Shown: positions 9,549 to 18,836 of the stretch, piece after piece | Position numbering within the stretch: the first letter of the stretch is position 1 | Layout of the letters: each line of letters opens with the position of its first letter | From: Pirellulaceae bacterium | Lineage (GTDB): Bacteria; Planctomycetota; Planctomycetia; Pirellulales; Pirellulaceae | Direction of reading: 5' to 3' | Assembly (NCBI GenBank): GCA_041685355.1 | Contig: JAWLFY010000005.1 | Coordinates: forward strand, 5,269-69,268 | Length of the DNA: 64,000 bases | Program-made: the position numbers and the translations under genes | Notes under the pieces: model-generated | Told to the model about the DNA's origin: nothing | Databases searched by the model: none | The model's input: only the letters and a program-made list of their open reading frames with translations

Positions 9549-10319
9549 ATGAAGGTGTTGATGATGCGACGATGGCTTTTGATCGCGGTCACGGTCGGGT
9601 GTTGCGTCGGGGGCGTGGCGTCGCCGCCGGCACGCGCTCAAGGGGAGCTTGAGGACGGGTTTCGCCCGCTGTTCAACGGAAAGGACCTGCAAGGCTGGGT
9701 CGTGCCGGAAGGGGACGGCGGGCACTGGAAGGTGGTCGACGGGGTGATCGACTACGACGCCGGGTCCGAAGCGTCGGGGGACAAGAACCTCCGCACCGAG
9801 GATTCGTTCGGCGACTTCATCCTCAAGATGGATTGGCGGATCAAAGAGACGAGCGGGCTGTACGACATGCCGATCGTGTTGAGCGACGGCAGTTATCTGC
9901 AAGACGCGGAGGGAAACAAGGTCACGTTCAAGATCCCGAACGCCGATTCGGGCGTCTACCTGCGGGGCCACCCCCGGGCCCAGCTCAACATTTGGTGTTG
10001 GTCGACCGGATCGGGCGAGCTTTACGGGTACCGAAACAACCCGAACACCCCGGCGAAGCTTCGCGCGGCGGTCACGCCGCGAATCAACGCGGACAACCCG
10101 GTCGGCGAGTGGAATCGGTTCGTCGTGGTCCTCGTCGACGACCGTCTGACGGTGCTTCTAAACGACCATTTGATCATCGAGAACGCGGAACTGCCCGATC
10201 TGCCAGAGCGGGGCCCGATCGTGCTCCAGCACCACGGCGGGCCCCGTGGCGACGGGACGATGAGTCCCGCGTCGAGTCTGGTTCAGTTCAAAAACTTGTG
10301 GATCAAACCGCTCGATTGA
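9549..10319 (+). CDS. DUF1080 (3-keto-disaccharide hydrolase-like) domain protein, secreted
   Basis: Internal ATG at 9549 followed by a signal peptide (MKVLMMRRWLLIAVTVGCCVGGVASPPARA). 'FRPLFNGKDLQGWVV...GHWKVVDGVI' and C-terminal 'IVLQHHG...VQFKNLWIKPL' are typical of DUF1080. Confidence 0.85.
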   Translation: MKVLMMRRWLLIAVTVGCCVGGVASPPARAQGELEDGFRPLFNGKDLQGWVVPEGDGGHWKVVDGVIDYDAGSEASGDKNLRTEDSFGDFILKMDWRIKETSGLYDMPIVLSDGSYLQDAEGNKVTFKIPNADSGVYLRGHPRAQLNIWCWSTGSGELYGYRNNPNTPAKLRAAVTPRINADNPVGEWNRFVVVLVDDRLTVLLNDHLIIENAELPDLPERGPIVLQHHGGPRGDGTMSPASSLVQFKNLWIKPLD

Positions 10320-11094
10320 CCTTCGCCAAAACGGCGTTCATCAAGGGTGGGGCGAGCCGGTCGGCGTAGACGAGGCCTTTCCCGGCGAGGCTCAGGATCA
10401 CTTCGGCGCGGCGCGCGGCGATCGCGGCCAAGGTCGCCCGCGCGACCCGCCGCGGGTGCCAGCTTCCGAAGCTCCGCGACTCGGAGTCGGGGTTCGTCTC
10501 GACCAACGTCTGGAAGAACTCGCTGCGGGTCGTGCTGGGGCTTACCAACGTCACCTGGATCCCGTCCGGTTTCAATTCGGCGCGGAGCGAGTCGCTCCAG
10601 CCGTGCATCGCGAATTTGCTCGCGGAGTACTCGCTCTTGTCGGGGACGGCGCGGTGTCCGAGCACGCTTCCGATGTTGCAGATCACCGCCGAGCGTCCCT
10701 GCCGAAGGAGCGGGATGCAGAGCCGGGTCAGTTCGGCCGGGGCGAAAAAATTGACCTCCATCACCCGCCGCAAACGTGACTCGCTGGCGTCGGCGAACGG
10801 CCCGATCGCGCCGATCCCGGCGTTGTTCAGCAACAGATCGAGTTCGCCGTCGCGGATCGAGCGGGCGGCGACGACGATCCGCTCGCGAGTCTCCGGGTCC
10901 GTGACGTCGCCGGCGACCGGGATCACGGTTCCCGGCCCGGGCAAATCACGCAGGTCATCCAGCCGCGCGGCACGACGGGCGTTGGCGACGACGTGCGCCC
11001 CACGCTCGACCAACAACTCGCACAGCGCCCGCCCGATCCCGCTACTGGCCCCCGTCACGATCACGGCGGCGTCACAAGGCTTCCAACGAGCCAT
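10303..11094 (-). CDS. SDR family oxidoreductase
   Basis: 263 aa. 'VTGASSGIGRA' (TGxxxGxG), 'NNAG', and 'YSASKFA' (Y-x-x-x-K). Its 3' end overlaps the convergent DUF1080 gene by 17 bp. Confidence 0.9.
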   Translation of the reverse strand: MARWKPCDAAVIVTGASSGIGRALCELLVERGAHVVANARRAARLDDLRDLPGPGTVIPVAGDVTDPETRERIVVAARSIRDGELDLLLNNAGIGAIGPFADASESRLRRVMEVNFFAPAELTRLCIPLLRQGRSAVICNIGSVLGHRAVPDKSEYSASKFAMHGWSDSLRAELKPDGIQVTLVSPSTTRSEFFQTLVETNPDSESRSFGSWHPRRVARATLAAIAARRAEVILSLAGKGLVYADRLAPPLMNAVLAKVNRAV

Positions 11095-11253
11095 CGATGC
11101 CCTTTCCCCAGTCGCCTAGCTGAGCAGCGTCAGTTCGAATCAAAAACTCGGTCAAGGAGTGTCTATCGCCGCCGAAGCCGCGCCGCAATCGTGGGACCGG
11201 ACGGCTTGCGCCGTTCCGCGAAGGTGTGAACGATACAAAGCGGTGTTATTCAG

Positions 11254-12702
11254 CTAGGCGACTTCGCCCGGGCGGTGGTCATCCGCGAGCCGGGCGGGGT
11301 CGGAGACGGTTTCGGATTCGGATTCGGATGATTCCGTATCCCCTTCCGATGTGTTTGTCCACGACGCGGGTTGCACCCGTCGCGCCGATTGATGGACCTT
11401 CCCCATCGCACCGGCTGGCATCCGAACGTGGACGATCACTCGGTCGTCACGATACTCCTTCGACAACACCTCTCCCTTGGCCGAAAGGTACGCGAGCAAG
11501 CGGCCGTCGGCGTGATCGAGTTCGACCTCGACGTTCAGGAACTCACGGCCGAGGGCCTCGCCGACCGACTCGATGAGGGTGGGAATCCCTTCGCCGCTGT
11601 GCGCGCTGACCGGGATCGCGTTCGGGTAGCGATCCAGGATCCGCCGCACGACTTGCGGCGAGCCGACCGCGTCGACCTTGTTGAGCACCAGCAGCGTGTC
11701 CTTCTCCTCGATCCCCAATTCTTCGAGGACATGATAGACGGCGGAGATCTGTTCGAAGACCGCCGGGTTGCTCGCGTCGGCGACGTGCATCAGCAGGTCC
11801 GCTTGGCGGGTTTCTTCCAGGGTCGACTTGAAACTGGCGACGAGGGAGTGGGGCAGGTCCCGGATGAACCCGACGGTGTCGCTTAGCAACACGGTCCCCC
11901 ACCCCGGCAAATGCCAGCGGCGGGTGCGGGTATCGAGCGTCGCGAACAGCTTGTCCGCCGACTCGACGTCGGACGACGTGAGCGCGTTCATCAGCGTGCT
12001 CTTGCCCGCGTTGGTGTAGCCGACCAGCGAAACGGTCGGGGCTTCGCGGCGGGCGGCGACCATCCGCTCGCGACGTCGCTCGACCTTATCGAGTTCGTCA
12101 CGGAGGTCATGGATCCGCTTTTGCGCCAACCGCCGGTCGACCTCCAACTGCTTTTCCCCAGGCCCCCGCATGCCGACGCCCATCGCCTGCCGCGAGAGGT
12201 GCGTCCACATCCGCTTGAGTCGCGGCAACGAGTACTCGAGCTGCGCCAACTCGACCGCCAAACGTGACTCGTGCGTCCGCGCCCCGGCGGCGAAGATGTC
12301 GAGAATCAACTCGGTGCGGTCGAGCACCTTCGCCTTCGTCTTCGTCTCCAGATTCCGGACTTGGGCCGGCGTCAGGTCGTTGTCAAAGATGACGACGTCG
12401 GCCTCTTCCCGTTCGACGAGCAGCCTCAGTTCTTCGACCTTCCCCTTGCCGAGGTACGTCGAGTGGTTGGGCGTATCCCGACGCTGCGTCAACTCCCCGA
12501 CCACTTGGGTCCCGGCGGTGATCGCCAAACCGTGAAGTTCTTCCAACGGGTCCGCCTCGACCGTTTGGTCGCGGAGGATCAATCGGGCCAGAACGCTCCG
12601 TTCTGCCGACTCGTCCGTGATTCGTTTTTCGTCTCGCACGTGGAAGGGTTGACCTCTTGAGATAGGGGGGGAGAGCCGCTGCTCATTATAAACGACGCTC
12701 AA
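11254..12702 (-). CDS. hflX: GTPase HflX
   Basis: 482 aa. HflX N-domain, then G1 'GYTNAGKST', G3 'DTVGF', G4 'NKVD'. The track start at 12702 is TTG and overlaps the uvrC stop (TTGA). A downstream GTG (~12639) is an alternative start. Confidence 0.9.
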   Translation of the reverse strand: MSVVYNEQRLSPPISRGQPFHVRDEKRITDESAERSVLARLILRDQTVEADPLEELHGLAITAGTQVVGELTQRRDTPNHSTYLGKGKVEELRLLVEREEADVVIFDNDLTPAQVRNLETKTKAKVLDRTELILDIFAAGARTHESRLAVELAQLEYSLPRLKRMWTHLSRQAMGVGMRGPGEKQLEVDRRLAQKRIHDLRDELDKVERRRERMVAARREAPTVSLVGYTNAGKSTLMNALTSSDVESADKLFATLDTRTRRWHLPGWGTVLLSDTVGFIRDLPHSLVASFKSTLEETRQADLLMHVADASNPAVFEQISAVYHVLEELGIEEKDTLLVLNKVDAVGSPQVVRRILDRYPNAIPVSAHSGEGIPTLIESVGEALGREFLNVEVELDHADGRLLAYLSAKGEVLSKEYRDDRVIVHVRMPAGAMGKVHQSARRVQPASWTNTSEGDTESSESESETVSDPARLADDHRPGEVA

Positions 12703-14102
12703 CGATCGAGCGTCGACTTGGACCGCAAGATGTGATGGTAGTGCTGGGCGAACCGGTGCGATTCGTCGCGGACGTATTGCAACAACCGGAGCGCGAACGC
12801 GCCGCGACTGAGCCGGAGCGGTTCGGAAATCCCCGGCCGATAAATTTCCTCGTCTCGCTTGGCGAGCGAGATCACCGTCGGCGGATCGATTTCCTGGTCG
12901 CGGAACGCCGTCATCGCCGCGTTGAGCTGTCCCTTGCCGCCGTCGATCAGCAGGATGTCGGGGAACGCCTCGTCGCTGTCACAAAGTTTCCGGAATCGAC
13001 GCGAAACGACCTCGTAAATGCTGCGATAATCGTCGACGCCGGAGACCGTTCGCACCCGGAACCGGCGATATCCTGGCTTGAACGGCAACCCGTCGATGAA
13101 CCGGACCAAGCTCGCGACCGTCTCGCCGCCGCCGAGGTGCGCGATGTCGACGCCTTCGATCACCCGCGGCGTTTTCGACAAACCGAGCACCTTGCGGAGA
13201 CCCGCCAACCCTTTTTTGGGGTCGACGTAAAACACCTCCGGCTGGGCGTGGGTTTCGAGCTCGCCCCGTTCGTCGAGCCGCTCCAGCATCCGGATTTCGT
13301 CTCGCAACGTCGCCGCCCGCTCGAAGTCGAGGTCGCGACTCGCCGATCGCATCTCGTCGGTCATCTCCTTGAGCAACCGCGTCTTTCCCCCTTCGAGGAA
13401 CGTTTGCAGCCGACGGATGTCGCGGCGGTAGTCTTCCTTCGTGATCCTTACGTTACAGGGTGCCGAGCACTGGTCGATGCTCGCCAGCAGACACGGCCGG
13501 AACCACTCCCAACGCTCGTCCCCTTCGCGAATGTCGAGTCCACACGTGCGAAACTTGAAGATCCGCTGGAGCACTTGGATCGCACCTCGCAACGCCCCGG
13601 CGCTCGCGAACGGCCCGTATAACTTGACACCCGACTGTTTCGGCTCGCGGGTGATCTCGACCCGCGGAAACTCCTCCCGTGTCGTGATCATCAGGTAGGG
13701 AAACGTCTTGTCGTCCTTGAGGTCCTTGTTGTGTCGGGGCTGGATGTCCTTGATCAGCCGCGACTCCATCAGCAACGCGTCCACCTCGCTGTCGGACTCG
13801 AGATAGTCGATGTCCGCGATTTCGGTGACCCAGTCCGACGTTCGCTGGTCTTCCGCCGCCGCCCGCAAGAAGTAGCTCCCGGCCCGACTCCGCAAGTTCT
13901 TCGCCTTGCCGACGTAAATCACCACCCCCGCGGCGTCCTTCATCAGGTACACGCCGGCGGTCGTCGGGAACGATTTGACCTTCGCGGCCGCCGCCGCAAA
14001 GGGTGACGTGTCATCGCCCTTGGCGAGTTTTTCGAGCTCGAGACTTTCGAGCTCGAGACTTTCGATCGATTCGTCGGCCGCCCGCCGAGGTTCTTCTGTC
14101 AT
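12699..14102 (-). CDS. uvrC: Excinuclease ABC subunit C (short form, no C-terminal HhH2 region seen)
   Basis: GIY-YIG motif 'GVYLMKDAAGVVIYVGKAKNLRSRAGSY'. UVR domain '...DLDFERAATLRDEIRMLERL'. Endonuclease domain 'IEGVDIAHLGG...LLIDGGKGQL...DESHRFAQHYH'. ATG at 14102 with an AGGAA-type RBS; the track start at 14138 is TTG. The ORF ends right after the endonuclease domain. Confidence 0.88.
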   Translation of the reverse strand: MTEEPRRAADESIESLELESLELEKLAKGDDTSPFAAAAAKVKSFPTTAGVYLMKDAAGVVIYVGKAKNLRSRAGSYFLRAAAEDQRTSDWVTEIADIDYLESDSEVDALLMESRLIKDIQPRHNKDLKDDKTFPYLMITTREEFPRVEITREPKQSGVKLYGPFASAGALRGAIQVLQRIFKFRTCGLDIREGDERWEWFRPCLLASIDQCSAPCNVRITKEDYRRDIRRLQTFLEGGKTRLLKEMTDEMRSASRDLDFERAATLRDEIRMLERLDERGELETHAQPEVFYVDPKKGLAGLRKVLGLSKTPRVIEGVDIAHLGGGETVASLVRFIDGLPFKPGYRRFRVRTVSGVDDYRSIYEVVSRRFRKLCDSDEAFPDILLIDGGKGQLNAAMTAFRDQEIDPPTVISLAKRDEEIYRPGISEPLRLSRGAFALRLLQYVRDESHRFAQHYHHILRSKSTLDR

Positions 14103-14305
14103 CCGTTCCTTTGGCTTCCTCTCATTTGATGTCCGCAAAGGGGGCAGACCCTCTCCCCGCGATCCTCCAAGCGTCTGCCCCCCTTTTAGTATCCGCGGAT
14201 CGCAAAAAACTTCGCCCCCTCTTGCGGGGATGACTTGCCTCTACTGTACGAATAGGCACAATGTTCGGTCTCGGTTCATGCTCGTCACATGAGAGGGGGC
14301 AGATC

Positions 14306-16012
14306 ATGACGAAGGAAGTGTCGGAACGGTCACGTTCTCGAGCGGCGATCGCCCGCGAACTCGAGCTCGAATTAACGAAGCTCCGCAACGAGGCCTCGGC
14401 GGCACGGCTCGAGGCGAAGGCGGCCGAGCTGGAGTTGGTTCTACAAAGGTATCGCGATTCGTTCGACGAGGCCGATCCCGAGACGGGAAATCGGGGCGGA
14501 GTCGATTCGTCACCTTTGGCAACGACCATCGCCGAGCGGTCGGCCGCCGGCCCTGCTTTCACCGATCGTGCCGAGTCGCTCACCGACCGATTCCGGGGAT
14601 GGGACGAGGTCCGTAGCCGGCTTCGGATCACCGAACCCGACACGTCCCGCAGCTTGCCTGCCCGATCCGACGGGACCGACGCCGACCGGCCAGCCCCTGA
14701 CGGGCCAGCCCCTGACGGGCCAGCCCCTGACGGGCCAGCCCCTGCACGGCCGGCCCCTGCACGGCCGGCCCCCGCATGGCATGCTTCTAAACGGCAAGCT
14801 CCTGAAGGGCCAGTCCCCTCACGGCCAGAGCCCTCACGTCAACGGAACCCGGCGTCGCACGGCTCCCTTCGGCCGAAGCGAACGAAGGACGGGGTCGAAT
14901 CCCGGCAACCGATCGAACTTGCAACCGATGCTGGTCTCACTTGGGGCACGAAGCCCGCGATCCTGGATCGACCCGGCGTCGCCAAGTCCAAACCGGGACG
15001 CCGCAACCCGGGGCCGGCCTCTCGCGACTCGGGCTCCGATGCCCGCGATCTGAAACACGCCGCCCTCCGCTTCGAACCGACTCCCCCCGACGACGGTTCG
15101 ACGACCAAGCGGCGTCGTCCGGCGGCTTGGGGTGTCAGTTTCGTTGTCCACGTCGGTCTCCTGTTCGTCCTCGGCTTCTGGACGCTCGCGACGCAGCCGC
15201 CGCGGGACCAGGTTGCACTCGCCGCGACGACTTCCGATCCCACCGCCGACCCGATGGAGACGTTTGTCGTGGAGGCCACCGAGCCGGAAGCCGAGGAACC
15301 GGAGGAACCGTTGGCGGAACCCGAGATCGAGACGAGTCCGGTGGGGGAGATCCCTGTCGCCGACTTTGCCCTCGATCTGAGCCCCGCGCTGCCGACGCCA
15401 GAAAGTTTCGCGGCAGTCACCGGGACGACGTCCGCGTTGGCGTCGGTGAGCGCGGACGCGGACGCCTCCGAAACGATGGAGTTCTGCGGGGTCGAAGGGG
15501 GCGGCAACCACTTCGTCTACTTGGTCGACAGTTCCGGAAGCATGGGAGCGGCGTTCGAATCGGCGCGGGCGGAGTTGCTCCGTTCGATCGCCCTGCTGAA
15601 GCCCGAGCAACGCTTCTATGTCGTTTTCTTTGACGAGAACCCCGACTACATGCGGCTCGAAGATCCGAGCCGGGACGAACCCGCCAGCGTGTCGGCGACG
15701 CCCGAGAACAAACGGCGGCTCGCGCGGTGGGCAGCCGGGATCAGGAAAGACCGCGGCCGTGCCCCGTACGAGCCGCTGCGGTTCGCGTTGGAGCTTCGAC
15801 CCGACGTGATCTTTCTTCTCTCCGACGGCGAATTTCCCCAACGGATCGAGGACCAACTGCGGGACGAGAACCGATATGAAAATCTGTTCGGCGATTCCGG
15901 TCCGATCAGCATCGTGCACACGATCGGGTATCACAGCCGTGAAGGGGAGCTCCGGATGCGGCGGATCGCCGAACAGAACGGCGGCCGGTACCGGCACGTC
16001 CCGAAGCGGTGA
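14306..16012 (+). CDS. Membrane-anchored von Willebrand factor A (vWA) domain protein
   Basis: ATG at 14306 preceded by GAGAGGGGG. N-terminal coiled-coil, then a PAPDG/PAPAR repeat (15-bp tandem units ~14690-14770). One TM helix (WGVSFVVHVGLLFVLGFWTLA). C-terminal vWA domain with a MIDAS-like 'LVDSSGSM'. Confidence 0.75.
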   Translation: MTKEVSERSRSRAAIARELELELTKLRNEASAARLEAKAAELELVLQRYRDSFDEADPETGNRGGVDSSPLATTIAERSAAGPAFTDRAESLTDRFRGWDEVRSRLRITEPDTSRSLPARSDGTDADRPAPDGPAPDGPAPDGPAPARPAPARPAPAWHASKRQAPEGPVPSRPEPSRQRNPASHGSLRPKRTKDGVESRQPIELATDAGLTWGTKPAILDRPGVAKSKPGRRNPGPASRDSGSDARDLKHAALRFEPTPPDDGSTTKRRRPAAWGVSFVVHVGLLFVLGFWTLATQPPRDQVALAATTSDPTADPMETFVVEATEPEAEEPEEPLAEPEIETSPVGEIPVADFALDLSPALPTPESFAAVTGTTSALASVSADADASETMEFCGVEGGGNHFVYLVDSSGSMGAAFESARAELLRSIALLKPEQRFYVVFFDENPDYMRLEDPSRDEPASVSATPENKRRLARWAAGIRKDRGRAPYEPLRFALELRPDVIFLLSDGEFPQRIEDQLRDENRYENLFGDSGPISIVHTIGYHSREGELRMRRIAEQNGGRYRHVPKR

Positions 16013-16018
16013 CGCGAC

Positions 16019-17791
16019 CTAGAAGGAGCTCAGCGACCAGACGACCGTGACCACGGTCGCGGCGGCAACCGCGAAGTAGATCGCGATCGCGGCGCGTCGT
16101 TGCCACCGGTCGCGACGACGACGCTCCGGCGACCATTGCACCTCGTTCTGCAAATCCAGGATGAACGGGATGCACCCTTCGGCGAAGGCTTGACCCGAGG
16201 CCGCGGAGGCGCCGGTGGCGGCGATGAAACAGCCGCGGAGTCGGACCCGACCCTCGGCCGCCGCGACGGCGCGGCGGAGCATCCGTGACATCCCCTCTCG
16301 GCGCCCTCGCATCACGTCCACCAAACGGTGGATTCGACGGTTTTCCTGACTCATCAATCGGTCATCCGCGGGCGCGGCGACGTCGCGACGCATCAACCGG
16401 TACCCGAGAGGCGGAAAGAGTTCGTCACAAATCCAACGCACCGCGCGATCGATCCCCTCGGCCTCGGCGTCCGGTTCGCTAGGAGGCGCCGCGGGCAGGC
16501 AGGCGCCAAGCCGCCGGTGCCGCTGCGTCTCGGGGAAGCGGTCGAGAAACGCGTGGCTCCCTCGGCATTGATCCAGGTCGCAAAAGATCCACTGCGCCGA
16601 CACCGACGTTTCGGTCGCCGCCGCGACCGTTTGCAAATCGCGTTCGACCCGCATCCCGACGTGATCGGCCAGTTCGGTGTCGTCGGCCGCGTCGAGCGGG
16701 ACCATCACGAGCACACCGTTGACCGGACAGAACGGGCGTCGTCGCTCCGCCAGTTCACGGCACACCGCGTCGAGCCGCTCGAGACACTGTTCGGCCTCGA
16801 CCGGATCGAGACGCAACAGTGACGACGCGGCCTTGGTGGGCTGGAGGACCGTTTCCGAATCCGTCGACCGTTCGTCGGTCAACGTTTCGAGGTCCGTCAT
16901 CGTTCGGTTCAACCTTTCCACGGTCGCGTGATCGGCGGTCGCGTGATCGACGGTCGGTGAGACGCCGCCGGTCGAATTCGGACTTGGGTCGATCGCCACG
17001 GCGGTCCCGCCAACGCCCGATCCGGCCGGCCCTCCCGCCGCGCCCGATCCGGCCGGCCCTCCCGCCGCGCCCGATCCGGCCAACGCTCGCGTTTGGGACG
17101 AGGCGGCGGTTCCTGCCGCGCGATCGGTCCAAAGGTGGGCGGGGCTGCGGGAAATCCGACTCCGTCCGGCCAGCTCCACCTGGCGACGTTCGACCCGCGC
17201 CCGCGCCGCCTGGCGAGTGAACGTTCCCGACAAGCTGACGTCGCGACAGCAGACGTAGATCGCTTCGCGGTTTCCGCAGACCTGAACCGCCTCGTCGGAC
17301 TCCTCCGGCTGTGGCAACACCGCCAACTCGACGTGGGCGGCGGCAAAGAATTCGCGAATCCCGCCCGCCGGGCTACCGAGAACCAGATAGAGCGGGGTTC
17401 GCGAGACGTCGATTCCGGCCCGCGCGAATCGGTCAAGGCCGGTCCGGACGGCCGCCGTCGACGAGTCGAACAGCGGACGCTCGTCCGGCCGACGGAGGGT
17501 CCGCGCGAAGAACCATGCCGACCAGGCGGTCGCGTCGATTAATACGCCAAGGATCGGCAGCCACAGGGCGCGGAGTAGCGGCAGCGATGAACGGACGAAC
17601 GCGTCGAGCCGGAACACGATTTGGGCGGTCACCAGCAATCCCAGAACGACCCCCATCGCGGTCACATGGATCGCAATGACCAGCGACCGCTGCCACGTCC
17701 GATCGGCCCGACGCCACGCGACGGTCGGCGCGAACGAGGCGAGGGCGATCATCCCCAAGATGTGCAACGATTTGGCGAGGAGTGCGATCAT
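16019..17791 (-). CDS. tssM: TssM/IcmF-like protein, N-terminal (membrane + cytoplasmic) module only
   Basis: 590 aa with ATG at 17791, 66 bp downstream of tssL. N-terminal hydrophobic helices. 'TPLYLVLGSPAGGIREFF' sits at the position of the TssM P-loop 'PWYLvlGppGsGKTt'. 'PVNGVLVMVPLD' and 'AQWIFCDLDQCRG..AFLDRF' resemble the following TssM blocks (the PiNGv and TKcDll.GF blocks recalled from memory). It ends with one TM helix (AIAIYFAVAAATVVTVVWSL) followed directly by the stop. Similarity was judged by eye only. Confidence 0.6.
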   Translation of the reverse strand: MIALLAKSLHILGMIALASFAPTVAWRRADRTWQRSLVIAIHVTAMGVVLGLLVTAQIVFRLDAFVRSSLPLLRALWLPILGVLIDATAWSAWFFARTLRRPDERPLFDSSTAAVRTGLDRFARAGIDVSRTPLYLVLGSPAGGIREFFAAAHVELAVLPQPEESDEAVQVCGNREAIYVCCRDVSLSGTFTRQAARARVERRQVELAGRSRISRSPAHLWTDRAAGTAASSQTRALAGSGAAGGPAGSGAAGGPAGSGVGGTAVAIDPSPNSTGGVSPTVDHATADHATVERLNRTMTDLETLTDERSTDSETVLQPTKAASSLLRLDPVEAEQCLERLDAVCRELAERRRPFCPVNGVLVMVPLDAADDTELADHVGMRVERDLQTVAAATETSVSAQWIFCDLDQCRGSHAFLDRFPETQRHRRLGACLPAAPPSEPDAEAEGIDRAVRWICDELFPPLGYRLMRRDVAAPADDRLMSQENRRIHRLVDVMRGRREGMSRMLRRAVAAAEGRVRLRGCFIAATGASAASGQAFAEGCIPFILDLQNEVQWSPERRRRDRWQRRAAIAIYFAVAAATVVTVVWSLSSF

Positions 17792-17857
17792 GACTGGCGG
17801 ACTGGCGGTTCGGGGTGGGAGCTGATGCGGGATATCGCGAGAAACGCGGGCGACTCG

Positions 17858-18487
17858 TCACCGGGCCCAAGTCGTGACCGCGAGGTACGACAAGACCGGA
17901 AGCAGAACGACCGCCGATACCCACGCCACATGACTGGAACGTTCAAGCGACGCCGCACCGAGTAACGGAGGGACGTCGGTCGCCGGGGACAGGTCGTGGC
18001 TGAACGGCAATTTCAACTCCGGGACCCAGCCGAGCGTGACGCGGGTGCGATGGATCCAAGCCGATAGCTTCTCCGGCTCCGTGCGGTATTGGCCGGTGAA
18101 GCCGAGCTGGACGCACAAGTAGAAGACCGCGAGGTCCTCGTGGCGGCCGATCGTCTCCGCGAGCGACGCTTGACGCCAAAACATCCACGCCCGGTCGTTC
18201 GTGCCGAACAACTCCCCCTCCAGCTTGTTCTCGTTCCACGCGGCACCGAGCGACTCGTCGTCGGTCATGATCTCGTCGATCCAGCAAACCAACGGGTAGA
18301 CCAAGCCGAGGTAATCGCCGGTGGCCATTCCCGCGGCGAGCTGCGCGTTGTGGATCCGCGTCAACAACTCTTTCAGCTCGGACCGCGGGACCGAAAGGTC
18401 CTTCGACTCCGTGCCCGAATGGTTCGTCAGGATTAGCCAGGTTTGCTCGAAAATCGGGTCGACGAGTTCGGCGGTTTCGGGACGCAT
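17858..18487 (-). CDS. tssL: Type VI secretion protein TssL (DotU family), no peptidoglycan-binding extension
   Basis: Internal ATG at 18487 (MRPETAEL...). DotU hallmark 'AVFYLCVQLGFTGQYR'. A single C-terminal TM helix (VAWVSAVVLLPVLSYLAVTTW) and then the stop. Confidence 0.8.
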   Translation of the reverse strand: MRPETAELVDPIFEQTWLILTNHSGTESKDLSVPRSELKELLTRIHNAQLAAGMATGDYLGLVYPLVCWIDEIMTDDESLGAAWNENKLEGELFGTNDRAWMFWRQASLAETIGRHEDLAVFYLCVQLGFTGQYRTEPEKLSAWIHRTRVTLGWVPELKLPFSHDLSPATDVPPLLGAASLERSSHVAWVSAVVLLPVLSYLAVTTWAR

Positions 18488-18662
18488 GATGCCAGATTCG
18501 AGACGCGAGTGGGTGGGAATGACGGCGGGCCGGTTCGCGGATGGCACGCCGAGGCGGGATCGCGTTGAAACGTAGGTCACCGCCCGGGCCGACGAAGCCC
18601 CGCCACGGGGCGAATTCTCGACGCGTGCGACGGACGACCGATCGCTCCGCGACCTTCTCGAT

Positions 18663-18764
18663 ATCCATCGGTGACGCGAGAGATCCATCGGTGACGCGAG
18701 AGATCCACGGCTGACGCGAGAGCATCGGCTGATGACCCGAGAGCATCAGCTGATGAAGCGAGGG
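18663..18764. repeat. Degenerate tandem repeat, about 5 copies of 20-21 bp (atccatcggtgacgcgagag ...)
   Basis: Two perfect 20-bp copies (18663-18702) followed by three progressively diverged copies. It lies in the divergent tssL / tssA intergenic region. Confidence 0.8.
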
Positions 18765-18836
18765 CATCGACCCGAAACGCAAAAAGTCGGGAGGGAGCCG
18801 TTCACCCCACTTTGACGTGACCTAACGTTTTTCGTC

